From positions 32,001 to 96,000 of the IMG/VR virus record IMGVR_UViG_3300047561_001367: a stretch of 64,000 nucleotides of DNA; one strand, 5' to 3'. The position numbers and the translations under genes were made by a program. Shown here one piece after another: positions 1 to 9,292 of the stretch (positions are counted from its first letter, which is position 1; every line of letters starts with the position of its first letter). The notes under the pieces were generated by a model that saw only the letters and a program-made list of their open reading frames with translations, was not told the origin of the DNA and did no database searches. This DNA is from a virus (Duplodnaviria > Caudoviricetes).

Positions 1-1632
1 AAAGAAATTCAATCGTCAGATCAAAGATTTGACACGGTAAATATTTTTACTAGTGGAGAACAAGTAAATTTTGATTCGCGCCCTACAGTTAATGGTACTG
101 GCATTTTTTTAAGTGGAGATAATGGATACTTACCATTTAACTATGTATTGGGTGATACTAACCTTGTAACTATAACTCAATCAAATAATGCTCCGGTACA
201 AACTGTAGATATCGTAAGCGATGGTGTACAATTAACTCGTGGAAGTTATGGTGTTTTATATAACCCATTAGAAGATAATGTGGGCACTGAAAATCCTTAT
301 AATACAGAATGGAATGACGATGGGTGGTCTGATCTTTCAAATATAACTGGTAGAACTTATGTAAATCTTCTTGATACCGCTGGATACGAAAATTTTGGAG
401 CTGTTATTGTTGGTAAACAACTAATAATGCATGACATAACTACCGATAAATATCATAAAGTTTTATTTAGCGCTTGGCAACAAAATGCTGGTCACAATTC
501 AAATTATCGTGGATTTTCTTACGCTAGAACCGAACTTGACTATAAACAAGAAGTGAGTGGGCTAGTAAATTTTACAACACGCCCAACAGTTAATGGAACT
601 GGAATTGTTTTAAATGGCGAAATAGATTTATCAAACTACTACACGAACGATAACCTTAGCGGGTTTATTACGGGTGTAGATTTATCAAACTACTACACGA
701 ACGATAACCTTAGCGGGTTTATTACGGGTGTAGATTTATCAAACTACTACACGAACGATAACCTTAGCGGGTTTATTACTGGATTTTCAAATCTTGAATA
801 TACAAGCGGAGATTTAACTGGGCAATTACTATCACCAACTATAAATAAAATTCAAGGATATAATATAAATCTATCAACAGCACCATTGGCAGGACAAACA
901 TTACAATGGAACGGCACTAATTGGATAGCTGGAGCAATACCTGTTGGCGGTAATGGCGGCGGCGGAAGAGTTTATTATTTTGATTTTGCAAACCAAACTG
1001 GAATTGCGCCAACGGGCGGATTGTCAACTACTGGTGATTATGGACTTTCTTTACTAGGAAGAGATTATGCTATAGGATCTGGACAAGTTATAAGTAATGA
1101 ACTAGATCCAAGATATGTAGAAAGATTATTGTGCAGTTTTGTTACAGCTAGTGGAGACCCTCAAGTAACAAATATTCCTGCTGGACTTTGGGATTTTAAC
1201 ATTTGGGCTAGCGTAAATAACCAAAGCACAACTCAGTGTTCAATTCGAGCAGAAGTTAATATATATAATACTAATAACTCAACTTATCGTTACTTAGCAT
1301 CAACCGATGATGTTTACCTATATGAAACAGACACTATTGCTCAATATATTTTAAATGCAACAGTTCCTAAAACTGGCATAGCAAGTCATGAAAGAATTTA
1401 TATAAAATTATTTGGTAAAAAATATACAACAAATAATAGAAATATTACAATTTACTTTGACTCTTACAGACCATCCCACGTTCATACTACAATTCCTTTT
1501 GTGGTTGGAAGCACTCCAACTACGTCAACAAGCATTGGCACCGCTGGAGATATGAGATATGATAATAATTATCTTTATATTTGTACGGCGACAAATACTT
1601 GGAGGCGTACATTAATTACTGGTAACTGGTAA
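1..1632 (+). CDS. Virion fibre/structural protein, 5'-truncated by the window edge
   Basis: The frame of ORF 148..1632 is open from base 1 (KEIQSSDQRFD...), so the TTG at 148 is probably not the true start. It has two F-x-x-RPTVNGTG repeats, a 'GQTLQWNGTNW' motif and a C-terminal 'GTAGDMRYDNNYLYICTATNTWRR' motif typical of phage fibres. Confidence 0.6.
   Translation, partial: KEIQSSDQRFDTVNIFTSGEQVNFDSRPTVNGTGIFLSGDNGYLPFNYVLGDTNLVTITQSNNAPVQTVDIVSDGVQLTRGSYGVLYNPLEDNVGTENPYNTEWNDDGWSDLSNITGRTYVNLLDTAGYENFGAVIVGKQLIMHDITTDKYHKVLFSAWQQNAGHNSNYRGFSYARTELDYKQEVSGLVNFTTRPTVNGTGIVLNGEIDLSNYYTNDNLSGFITGVDLSNYYTNDNLSGFITGVDLSNYYTNDNLSGFITGFSNLEYTSGDLTGQLLSPTINKIQGYNINLSTAPLAGQTLQWNGTNWIAGAIPVGGNGGGGRVYYFDFANQTGIAPTGGLSTTGDYGLSLLGRDYAIGSGQVISNELDPRYVERLLCSFVTASGDPQVTNIPAGLWDFNIWASVNNQSTTQCSIRAEVNIYNTNNSTYRYLASTDDVYLYETDTIAQYILNATVPKTGIASHERIYIKLFGKKYTTNNRNITIYFDSYRPSHVHTTIPFVVGSTPTTSTSIGTAGDMRYDNNYLYICTATNTWRRTLITGNW
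623..779 (+). repeat. Perfect 54-bp tandem repeat, ~2.9 copies (DLSNYYTNDNLSGFITGV)
   Basis: Unit TAGATTTATCAAACTACTACACGAACGATAACCTTAGCGGGTTTATTACGGGTG starts at 623 and 677, with a partial third copy at 731. Confidence 0.95.
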
Positions 1633-1637
1633 AACTT

Positions 1638-2015
1638 ATGAAATATATATTACTAGTTTTAACTATATTTTTGGTAGCCTGCGAAACAACACCAACTAAT
1701 CCAGAATTTTGGATGGAGCGCCAAGTAAATGCGTGTCTACCTACGGCTATCATATTCAAGCAAAGTTTACGTAAATATAATATTTGGAGTGAAGTTTTCC
1801 GATATTCTTGGATTGGAAAAGAGGACGGTAAATATCATGGTCACGCTATGGTCGCCTATCTATATCCACAGGGAAAAAATCAACTTTGGACGTATGACAC
1901 ACACGGCTCTTATCGTATACGCGCTTTTACAAATAATGTAACACAAATAGCCCAAGAAGCGCATAAAGTGCGCGGTAGTACAGAAAGTATTTTTAACGCT
2001 GAATTTATTAAATAG
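1638..2015 (+). CDS. Lipoprotein with a putative papain/transglutaminase-like Cys-His-Asp domain
   Basis: Signal peptide with lipobox LVAC; NACLP...GHAMVAY...WTYD ordering. Confidence 0.45.
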   Translation: MKYILLVLTIFLVACETTPTNPEFWMERQVNACLPTAIIFKQSLRKYNIWSEVFRYSWIGKEDGKYHGHAMVAYLYPQGKNQLWTYDTHGSYRIRAFTNNVTQIAQEAHKVRGSTESIFNAEFIK

Positions 2016-2051
2016 ATTTTGATAATTTGTTTTATGTGTACATAATATAGT

Positions 2052-2336
2052 ATGAGATATTTGCTATTGATTGTATTCCCTTTATTAACAGGATGTATTT
2101 GTTTAAATCCAGCGCATAAAAAAGCCGCCCCTCCGATTGCTAATACTAATCGCGTTATTGATTCGTTAAATAATACAAAAGATAATTTGACTAAAGCTGG
2201 CGAGTCAAACACGATAGTTGGCGAAAAAATAGACAAGGCTCTAACATTAGCCGAAAGATTAGAAATTCTTTTACAGCAGATCGAAACAGAAAAACAAACG
2301 GTAGATGCTAAGAAAATAAAGGAACCAATTAAATGA
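2052..2336 (+). CDS. Lipoprotein with coiled coil, possible spanin component
   Basis: Lipobox LTGC, helical C-terminus, located in the lysis cluster. Confidence 0.45.
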   Translation: MRYLLLIVFPLLTGCICLNPAHKKAAPPIANTNRVIDSLNNTKDNLTKAGESNTIVGEKIDKALTLAERLEILLQQIETEKQTVDAKKIKEPIK

Positions 2337-2875
2337 AAAAACTCGCAACATTAATTATTTTACTAACCATATCTTCGACTGGTTTTGCTTGGCCTTGGAA
2401 CGGCAAGCCACTTTCTGGGCCACTTGTTAAGCCAACCCCAGTGCCAGCAGCAGTTGTTGTAGTGCCGTCTCAAAATCCAGTTAACGACGCGCGCGCGCTC
2501 GTGCGCGAGCTAAACGGTGAATTAAAAATTGCTAAAAGTGAAAATATAAAATTAAAGAATAATCTTGATCAGGCGAATGGTGATTTAAAAAATAGTTTTA
2601 TATTAATTGAACAATTAAATAAAGATATTACGAGTTTAAAAGAATGGGGTGTTGTACAACAAGCTGAAGCGCAAAAATGGCTTTCTAGTTATACAAATGC
2701 AGTTAAACGTTATCATCGTCTTAAAAATATTGCCGCCGCTGTTGCTGGATTGTTTGGAATGGTGGTTGGTATTTGGTTAATGGGATTTGTTCCACCAATG
2801 TATTCTGCTTATGCATTATTATTGCCAGTTGCTGGCGCTGGCGCAGCAGCTTCCGCGCTATGGATATTTTTATAA
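2333..2875 (+). CDS. Membrane protein (signal peptide, coiled coil, two C-terminal TM segments), possible spanin-like
   Basis: Hydropathy pattern; ATGA overlap with the upstream lipoprotein gene. Confidence 0.45.
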   Translation: MKKLATLIILLTISSTGFAWPWNGKPLSGPLVKPTPVPAAVVVVPSQNPVNDARALVRELNGELKIAKSENIKLKNNLDQANGDLKNSFILIEQLNKDITSLKEWGVVQQAEAQKWLSSYTNAVKRYHRLKNIAAAVAGLFGMVVGIWLMGFVPPMYSAYALLLPVAGAGAAASALWIFL

Positions 2876-2877
2876 TT

Positions 2878-2997
2878 ATGAACAAGATCGAACAATACAC
2901 ACAACAACTAACGGAATGGATTAAAGCAAATCCAGGAAAAGCAACAATAATCGCAATTTTTATTGCTGGATTAATAATCGGTGCAGTACTATTTTAA
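2878..2997 (+). CDS. Small tail-anchored membrane protein (39 aa)
   Basis: MNKIEQYTQQLTEWIKANPGKATIIAIFIAGLIIGAVLF. The ATG at 2878 follows the previous stop, so it is a better start than 2773. Resembles the C-terminus of YqjD/ElaB-type proteins. Confidence 0.6.
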   Translation: MNKIEQYTQQLTEWIKANPGKATIIAIFIAGLIIGAVLF

Positions 2998-3477
2998 ATG
3001 TGGAATAATATTACAGATATAGCTAAAAGTGCCGCGGCTTTTCTTCAAAGTGGCAAGGCTCCACCAAACACTCCGATACAATATCGTGAAGATTTAAGTA
3101 GGATTAATTTCTTTTCATCTAAAAAATTCTTTATTGTTTTTAGTGCGATTGGATTGCTTGTTGCTTTTTATTTTGTAAGCGTTGGTATTTTATTTTTAAC
3201 TGCTTATACTCCATCATTAACAAGTTCATTCGTGACTATATTTGTTGAGATTATTAAAATATTTGCAATTATTATTTCTGTATATTTAGGATTGCAAGCT
3301 ACTATTGATTTTAAATATGGTACTGAATCCACTTACGAAAATACTAATAATACGACCACAGAATATCGTGAGGAAAAAATTATAAATGAGCAAACTATCA
3401 AGTATGCTGAGAAATATAAAGATGATCCATCATATGCGCCAATCGAATGGGCATTAGAACAAAATTTAGGCAAATAG
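2998..3477 (+). CDS. Putative holin
   Basis: Two TM helices after 'SSKKF', a charged C-terminus, directly upstream of the endolysin. Confidence 0.55.
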   Translation: MWNNITDIAKSAAAFLQSGKAPPNTPIQYREDLSRINFFSSKKFFIVFSAIGLLVAFYFVSVGILFLTAYTPSLTSSFVTIFVEIIKIFAIIISVYLGLQATIDFKYGTESTYENTNNTTTEYREEKIINEQTIKYAEKYKDDPSYAPIEWALEQNLGK

Positions 3478-3478
3478 T

Positions 3479-4174
3479 ATGAAGTCGATTAAATTAAAAA
3501 GTTTTGGTCCAGAGGTAAAACAATGGCAATTATTTCTACAAAGTGCTGGTTATAAAGTTCCAACGCCGGATGGTGCATTTGGCCCACAGACCGAACGTGA
3601 AACAATTAAATTTCAAGTTTCGCATGGGTTAACAGCTGATGGTGTCGTAGGAGAGAAAACTTGGAAATTTGTTACTAAGGTTAGCGAAAATACACCACTT
3701 TCCCAAAAATGGCCAAAGCAAGATTATAATAGTATGGTAAACTTTTACGGACCAGTCGGTGAAAATCAAACCAGTCTAGAATTACCTTATCAAATGAAAT
3801 TAGCTTGGGATACAAATATTATCGTAAAGAAAATTACCTGTAATCAAAAAGTGGTAAGCTCACTACATACTATATTAGAAAATACTTTAAAAACTTATGG
3901 ACAAAAAGATGTTGAAAAATTACGCCTTGATATGTTTGGCGGTTGTATTAATGTTCGTAGAATGCGTGGTGGTTCAAGTTGGTCAATTCATAGTTGGGGC
4001 GCGGCATACGATTTAGATCCAGATAATAATCAATTAAAGTGGGGTCGTGATCGTGCGACTTTTGCAAAAAAAGAGTATGAAGATTATTGGAAAATTGTTG
4101 AATCAGAAGGTTGGACAAGTTTGGGGCGTTCGAGAAATTTTGACTGGATGCACGCACAAGCTGCATATTTATAA
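3479..4174 (+). CDS. Endolysin: peptidoglycan-binding domain plus M15 zinc peptidase
   Basis: DGAFGPQT / ADGVVGEKTW (PG_binding_1 pattern); SIHSWGAAYD and DWMH zinc-ligand motifs of M15 peptidases. Confidence 0.9.
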   Translation: MKSIKLKSFGPEVKQWQLFLQSAGYKVPTPDGAFGPQTERETIKFQVSHGLTADGVVGEKTWKFVTKVSENTPLSQKWPKQDYNSMVNFYGPVGENQTSLELPYQMKLAWDTNIIVKKITCNQKVVSSLHTILENTLKTYGQKDVEKLRLDMFGGCINVRRMRGGSSWSIHSWGAAYDLDPDNNQLKWGRDRATFAKKEYEDYWKIVESEGWTSLGRSRNFDWMHAQAAYL

Positions 4175-4179
4175 TCCAT

Positions 4180-4962
4180 ATGGGTGATTATAGTGAAGAC
4201 TGGTTACAGCATTTAAATAAAGAAAAAACTTCGTGGGAAGCCGCTAAAAAATATAAATTTTTCGATAATAATTCTGACGAATTGGTTGTTATTTTTACTG
4301 GGCAAGGTAAATTAGTAATGTTTGATTTTTATAAAATATTTGGTCCCGTTTCAAATAAAAAATTAGATAGTTTATTTTTTTGTGATTTAAATGATGGGTT
4401 TTATTTAAGTGGAGTTCAAGGCTTTTCAAAAAGTGTTGAGGAAACTTGTGAAAAAATATCTGATTTTGCTAATAAAAAAAATTATAAAAAAATATCCTTT
4501 ATTGGAACTAGTATGGGCGGATTTGCATCTATTATGCATTCGATATATTTAAAAAATTTACAAACGGTTAAACAAATTAAAACAATGGTATTTAATCCAT
4601 ATACTTCTATTGGAAAAGTTGAATATAATGGTATGTTAAAAAAAATTAAACCAGATATAATATTTTTTCTTCAACAGCGCGGTATTCCGAGGGCGCAAGC
4701 AATAGAATTAATTTTAAATTACAAGCAAGAATATTTAAATTTAGATCATATAATAAATAACAATATATTTTTAGAAAATATTGAATATACTTATATGGTT
4801 ATACATGGGGACGTAGAAGTCGAAATAAAGAGATGTAATAAATTAAAAAATTTACCTAATTTACAAAAATTAAAATTTCCGATAGCACAGCATAATATAG
4901 CTAGAGTGTTAAAACAAGAAAATTTATTGTTGCCTATATTGGAAAAATTTGTAAATATATAA
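4180..4962 (+). CDS. Alpha/beta hydrolase fold protein
   Basis: Nucleophile elbow GTSMGG, 'VIHGD', C-terminal His (AQHN). Confidence 0.7.
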   Translation: MGDYSEDWLQHLNKEKTSWEAAKKYKFFDNNSDELVVIFTGQGKLVMFDFYKIFGPVSNKKLDSLFFCDLNDGFYLSGVQGFSKSVEETCEKISDFANKKNYKKISFIGTSMGGFASIMHSIYLKNLQTVKQIKTMVFNPYTSIGKVEYNGMLKKIKPDIIFFLQQRGIPRAQAIELILNYKQEYLNLDHIINNNIFLENIEYTYMVIHGDVEVEIKRCNKLKNLPNLQKLKFPIAQHNIARVLKQENLLLPILEKFVNI

Positions 4963-4964
4963 TT

Positions 4965-5270
4965 ATGATATTTAATATTCAAGAAATAAATTTAATAAAG
5001 TTAAGTTTAAAAAATTTTATAGCATCAGTTGACTATACTGAGAATCAAGACTATATTGATGAAAATAAAAACGATTATTTTTATATAAAAGATTTGACGC
5101 ATCGATTATATGAAAAATTAGACTATACTGGTAAAGATTTAGAAATGATTAAAGCCTATCTCAAGGAGTATATTTTTGATTTAGACGAGAAACGGTATGA
5201 GGCACAAACTCAACTTGATAATATCATTAAAGAAAAAGCTTCTATTTATTTATTAATTAATAAATTATAA
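4965..5270 (+). CDS. Hypothetical protein
   Basis: ORF fills the gap, ATG 2 nt after the previous stop. Confidence 0.6.
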   Translation: MIFNIQEINLIKLSLKNFIASVDYTENQDYIDENKNDYFYIKDLTHRLYEKLDYTGKDLEMIKAYLKEYIFDLDEKRYEAQTQLDNIIKEKASIYLLINKL

Positions 5271-5301
5271 AAGTAAGTGTAAGTATTTATAATATTTAGA
5301 T

Positions 5302-7107
5302 ATGCCGACATACGAAGACGTTTCTATTGAGAGTAAGTCAGAATTTGATACTTCTGATTTACTTTTTTCATTCACTCGACCAATACAACTTTGTGCAATG
5401 GAAGTTAATCGTATAGATAATAATAAAATTATTATAGCGTCTAAGTTGAAAAATATTGCGCTATTAGAAGAACAAAGTGTAAATTTAAAAATGGATACAA
5501 TGAAAGATTTTAAATATTCGATTCGTTTTGATGGAATTATAGTTCAAGCGATGGTTTCATCTGATGAGGACAAGTATTTAGCCGTAGCTTCGGTTGACCA
5601 ACTAAAAGAATACCTTCCAAAGAATGTTGATCTTGACGTTAATCGTGATTTAATGGGCGTTGCTTTTGATGCTTTTGTTGTTAATCGCGGAAATAAAAAC
5701 GGCCACATTATCAGTACGGATGTTGCGTTAGCAATGGTAGAGAATTTTATTAATAAGCCTTTTAACATCGAACATAACCGTAAAGTTGTTGTAGGCGTTT
5801 GTACTGGATATGGATTTAGCGAGTTTGGTACTAGTAAACCATTAACTCTTGAAGAAATCAAAGCAAAGAAAGATCCTTTTAATGTTGTTCTATCTGGTTA
5901 TGTATGGAAAATTGTAAATCCAGAATTTGCGGCTGAACTCGTAGATAGCAGCGACCCATCTTCTGATCAATACCTTTCTGTTAGTGCAAGTTGGGAGCTT
6001 GGATTCAATGAATTCAATATCGCCAAAGGCAGTAAAAATTTAGCAGATGCTTCTATTATAGAAGACGAAGACAAAATCATTGAATTAAAAGATCGCCTAA
6101 AAGTATTCGGTGGGAATGGTGCCACTGAAGATGGTGATATAATTTTATTAAATTTACAAGGCAGTGTTCTCCCGTTGGGCATTGGTTTCACAAATACTCC
6201 AGCCGCTGAAGTAAGTGGCGTTGCTATTTCTTACGATAAACCAGAACAAACAAAAGCCGAAGTTACGAATATGAAATATACATGCGCAAAATGCGGATAC
6301 AACGGGATAAAAGCTGACGCTTGTCCTGAATGTGGATGCGAAGATTATACAGAGATGGAAACTGAAAATGAAAACGAGCTTCCGGCTTCTGAAAATAATA
6401 TTAATAAAAAAAGTGTCCTAGAGGATAATAAAAATGTAAAAAATATTATGCACATTAATAATGTTGATGATATTACGGAAGATTCCATTAAGGAAATAGC
6501 TGCAAGTCATGTTCGTGAGTTTATTTCGAATAAGATTGCTGAGTTAGCAACTGAATGGAAATCGAAAGTCGAAGAAAAAGAAACCGCGCTTAAAGCTGCT
6601 GAAGATCAAATCGCTGCATTGAAAACCGATTTAGATTCTATCAAAGCAGATAGTGATAAAGTAAAAGAAGAATTCGTTGCTATTCAAGAATCTTTGAAAG
6701 CTAAAGAAATCGAAGCTACTTTCCAACATCGTATGGCCATTCTTGATGAAGAGTTCGACTTGACTGATGAAGATCGCACTATCATTGCTGAAGATTTAAA
6801 TGCCATTGAAAATGATGAACAATTTGAAAAATGGTACAAGAAGTTTTCTACATTTGCCGCTGCTAAAAAGAAATCGGCTAAAGTTGTCAAAAAAGAAGCC
6901 ATGAAAGAAGGCGAGCCAGCCCCTAAAGAAATGAAGGAAGAAAAGGCCGCTGAAATCGTAGCCAGTGAAAAAACTGTAGAAGAAGTAATTTCGAGTGTTG
7001 AGGTAAAGGAAGAAGTTCTTCCAAACGCTTCCTCGCCTCAAGAGGCTACATTGGTCGAAAAGATCAATGCGGCTTTCAATAAAAATAGCGTAAAAATTAA
7101 TAAATAA
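5302..7107 (+). CDS. Prohead maturation protease fused to a Zn ribbon and coiled-coil scaffold
   Basis: NKNGH, KPFNIEH and SVSASWE motifs as in phage prohead serine proteases; CAKC..CPEC; acidic coiled-coil C-terminus; upstream of the capsid genes. Confidence 0.8.
   Translation: MPTYEDVSIESKSEFDTSDLLFSFTRPIQLCAMEVNRIDNNKIIIASKLKNIALLEEQSVNLKMDTMKDFKYSIRFDGIIVQAMVSSDEDKYLAVASVDQLKEYLPKNVDLDVNRDLMGVAFDAFVVNRGNKNGHIISTDVALAMVENFINKPFNIEHNRKVVVGVCTGYGFSEFGTSKPLTLEEIKAKKDPFNVVLSGYVWKIVNPEFAAELVDSSDPSSDQYLSVSASWELGFNEFNIAKGSKNLADASIIEDEDKIIELKDRLKVFGGNGATEDGDIILLNLQGSVLPLGIGFTNTPAAEVSGVAISYDKPEQTKAEVTNMKYTCAKCGYNGIKADACPECGCEDYTEMETENENELPASENNINKKSVLEDNKNVKNIMHINNVDDITEDSIKEIAASHVREFISNKIAELATEWKSKVEEKETALKAAEDQIAALKTDLDSIKADSDKVKEEFVAIQESLKAKEIEATFQHRMAILDEEFDLTDEDRTIIAEDLNAIENDEQFEKWYKKFSTFAAAKKKSAKVVKKEAMKEGEPAPKEMKEEKAAEIVASEKTVEEVISSVEVKEEVLPNASSPQEATLVEKINAAFNKNSVKINK
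6448..7107 (+). CDS. Putative nested scaffolding protein from an internal in-frame start
   Basis: In-frame ATG (codon 383) at the start of the coiled-coil region, preceded by the same AAAAGTGTCC..ATGTAA architecture as the tail tube gene. Confidence 0.5.
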   Translation: MHINNVDDITEDSIKEIAASHVREFISNKIAELATEWKSKVEEKETALKAAEDQIAALKTDLDSIKADSDKVKEEFVAIQESLKAKEIEATFQHRMAILDEEFDLTDEDRTIIAEDLNAIENDEQFEKWYKKFSTFAAAKKKSAKVVKKEAMKEGEPAPKEMKEEKAAEIVASEKTVEEVISSVEVKEEVLPNASSPQEATLVEKINAAFNKNSVKINK

Positions 7108-7124
7108 CAGAAAGAAAAAATATT

Positions 7125-7661
7125 ATGGCAAATTTAAAACCATTTAGAGATTATAGTGAACATGATGTTATTAACATTTTTGCTGTTAACGCTGAGTCCG
7201 CTAATAAGGGCACAGTAGTTGTAGCAGATGGTAATGGCGTTAATTTCAAAGATAATACCTCTTTAGATAGTATCTCACCATATTCGAACACTCTTTCGGC
7301 GCAATTCAATGTTCCTTGGACAGTTAGCCCAGCCGCGTCTGGTGCTACTAAAGGGGCAATCGTTGGATTACTCTTAAAAGACGTTCGTAAATATGACGAA
7401 AACGGAGAACAGTTAATTTTCAACCCACGTAAAGCGGCTGAAATGGACGTTATCATCACAGGTCAAGCTTGCCCAATCCTTACCAAAGGTTTGGTTCTTG
7501 TCAATGGCATTGTTGGTAGCCCAAATTACGGCAGCGGAGCAGCTGTTTCGGATGCAGGCGGTGGCGATCTCAAAGTCGTTGCTTACGGCAGTGCAACAGT
7601 TGGTAAGTTCCTTGGTCCTAAAAATGACGAAGGTTACGCTTTACTCAAGATTGAACTCTAA
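7125..7661 (+). CDS. Head decoration/cement protein
   Basis: Small Gly/Val-rich beta protein between scaffold and major capsid genes. Confidence 0.6.
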   Translation: MANLKPFRDYSEHDVINIFAVNAESANKGTVVVADGNGVNFKDNTSLDSISPYSNTLSAQFNVPWTVSPAASGATKGAIVGLLLKDVRKYDENGEQLIFNPRKAAEMDVIITGQACPILTKGLVLVNGIVGSPNYGSGAAVSDAGGGDLKVVAYGSATVGKFLGPKNDEGYALLKIEL

Positions 7662-7687
7662 TAAATAAGTAGAAAAAATATAAAAAT

Positions 7688-8806
7688 ATGAAAATTCAAT
7701 TTGAAAAAAATCCAGAGCAAATCGAGCTTATCAAGGCTCTTGCCTCTGAGAATAAAACAGTAGCTTTAGAAGCCCAAGAAGCTTTTGCAGCTTTCATCAG
7801 CAACGTAGTTCAGCAAGTTCTTTTACAAGCTGGTACTGCTAGCATGATTTATCGTGATGTCGAGTTCGACGAAGATGATTCTCCATCGATTCCTCTCGAT
7901 TTATATTATGGCTTAAATGAAGGCCATCTTAGCGTATGGTCGCAAACAGTCGGTGGTGGACTCCCAACAAACTTTGTACAAGGTACACAAGAGATGAAGA
8001 TTAATACCTATCGTCTTGACAGTGCTATCTCCATGGACAAACGTTATGTTCGTAGAGCACGTCTCGACGTTGTTGCAGCTGGTTTAGAGCGTATGGCCAA
8101 TGAACTCTTGATCAAACAAGAGCGTAATGCATGGGCCGTTATTCTTAAGTTGCTTGCTGACGCTTCGACCAATAGTACCAATCACGTTTTCCGTGTTGGC
8201 ACGTCTGGAGTTTTCCAGCTTGACGACATGAATAAACTTTGGACTCTTGTTCGCAGACTCAATGCTGCTTATACAGGTGGTACACCACAAGCTCTCCAGA
8301 GCCGTGGTCTTACTGATATCTTTGTAAGTCCAGAGATCAAGGAGCAAATTCGTGCATTCGCTTATCAACCAATGAACACTCGTAGTGGTGGTAGCACCAG
8401 TGCTGGTAACGTTGCGCTTCCTGATAGTGTGCGTGAAGAAATCTATCGTGCCGCTGGTACGAACGAAATCTTTGGCGTAACAATTCATGAAATGCTTGAA
8501 TTAGGCAAGAGCCGTAAGTATAACGATTTGTTTGATACCTTTGCTGGTAACAAGAATTGGGATATTTATGGTGGCACTGGTGGAAGCCAATTCACAAGCT
8601 CGAGTAGCCAATTAATTCTTGGTATCGATGCAAGTCGTAATGCGTTCTTACGCCCAGTCGCTATCCAAAGCGAAAGCCGTGGTCAAGTTAAGGTTCTTCC
8701 TGACGATCAATTCTTGGCTCGTAGCCAAAAAGTTGGTTTCTACAGTTATGTAGAAGAAGGACGCGTAGCCGTTGACGCTCGTGCCGCTGTTGGCTTGATT
8801 GTCTAA
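7688..8806 (+). CDS. Major capsid protein (probable HK97 fold)
   Basis: 372 aa, position after protease/decoration genes, biased codon use (CGT, GCT, TTC), followed by a strong terminator. Confidence 0.85.
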   Translation: MKIQFEKNPEQIELIKALASENKTVALEAQEAFAAFISNVVQQVLLQAGTASMIYRDVEFDEDDSPSIPLDLYYGLNEGHLSVWSQTVGGGLPTNFVQGTQEMKINTYRLDSAISMDKRYVRRARLDVVAAGLERMANELLIKQERNAWAVILKLLADASTNSTNHVFRVGTSGVFQLDDMNKLWTLVRRLNAAYTGGTPQALQSRGLTDIFVSPEIKEQIRAFAYQPMNTRSGGSTSAGNVALPDSVREEIYRAAGTNEIFGVTIHEMLELGKSRKYNDLFDTFAGNKNWDIYGGTGGSQFTSSSSQLILGIDASRNAFLRPVAIQSESRGQVKVLPDDQFLARSQKVGFYSYVEEGRVAVDARAAVGLIV

Positions 8807-8829
8807 TCAAAGTTAATAGATTAAAAATT

Positions 8830-8860
8830 AGGGTCATCCGAAAGGATGGCCCTTTTTTTT
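8830..8860 (+). terminator. Rho-independent terminator
   Basis: AGGGTCATCC-GAAA-GGATGGCCCT hairpin followed by a T run. Confidence 0.9.
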
Positions 8861-8895
8861 GGATAAATTACTTATATTCATTAATAATAATTAAT

Positions 8896-9273
8896 ATGAA
8901 AACTCCTAAAAATAAGAAAGCCTCTAGTAAAAAATCCTCTATGTTGCAAATTCATGGCAAGGATGAATCAGAGACAAAGCGGGTACCATCCTCTTTGGAT
9001 GATATTTTAGGGGAAAATTTATCGACTTATACTGCAAAAAGCTCTGATGAGTATAGATCACAATTATGTGAGATGAATATGACTGATCTACAGGCTCATG
9101 CATATAAAATTGGTCTTATTCCGACTGACGATAGGAGAATTTTAACTGATAGGCTCGCCCAAGAGTTTATTAAATGGAATTCTAGGCATGGTAGTAATGT
9201 TGCAGTCGGTAAACTCCAATCAATTGAAGATTTAGATAGTAAAACACGAAAGATCTTGAGAGAGGGCGCGTAG
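8896..9273 (+). CDS. Hypothetical protein (head module)
   Basis: ORF; synteny only. Confidence 0.6.
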   Translation: MKTPKNKKASSKKSSMLQIHGKDESETKRVPSSLDDILGENLSTYTAKSSDEYRSQLCEMNMTDLQAHAYKIGLIPTDDRRILTDRLAQEFIKWNSRHGSNVAVGKLQSIEDLDSKTRKILREGA

Positions 9274-9292
9274 TTTTTGTGTAAAATACTAT

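Noticed and set aside
623-779. CRISPR array
   Set aside because: Contiguous in-frame tandem repeat without unique spacers; no cas genes in the window.
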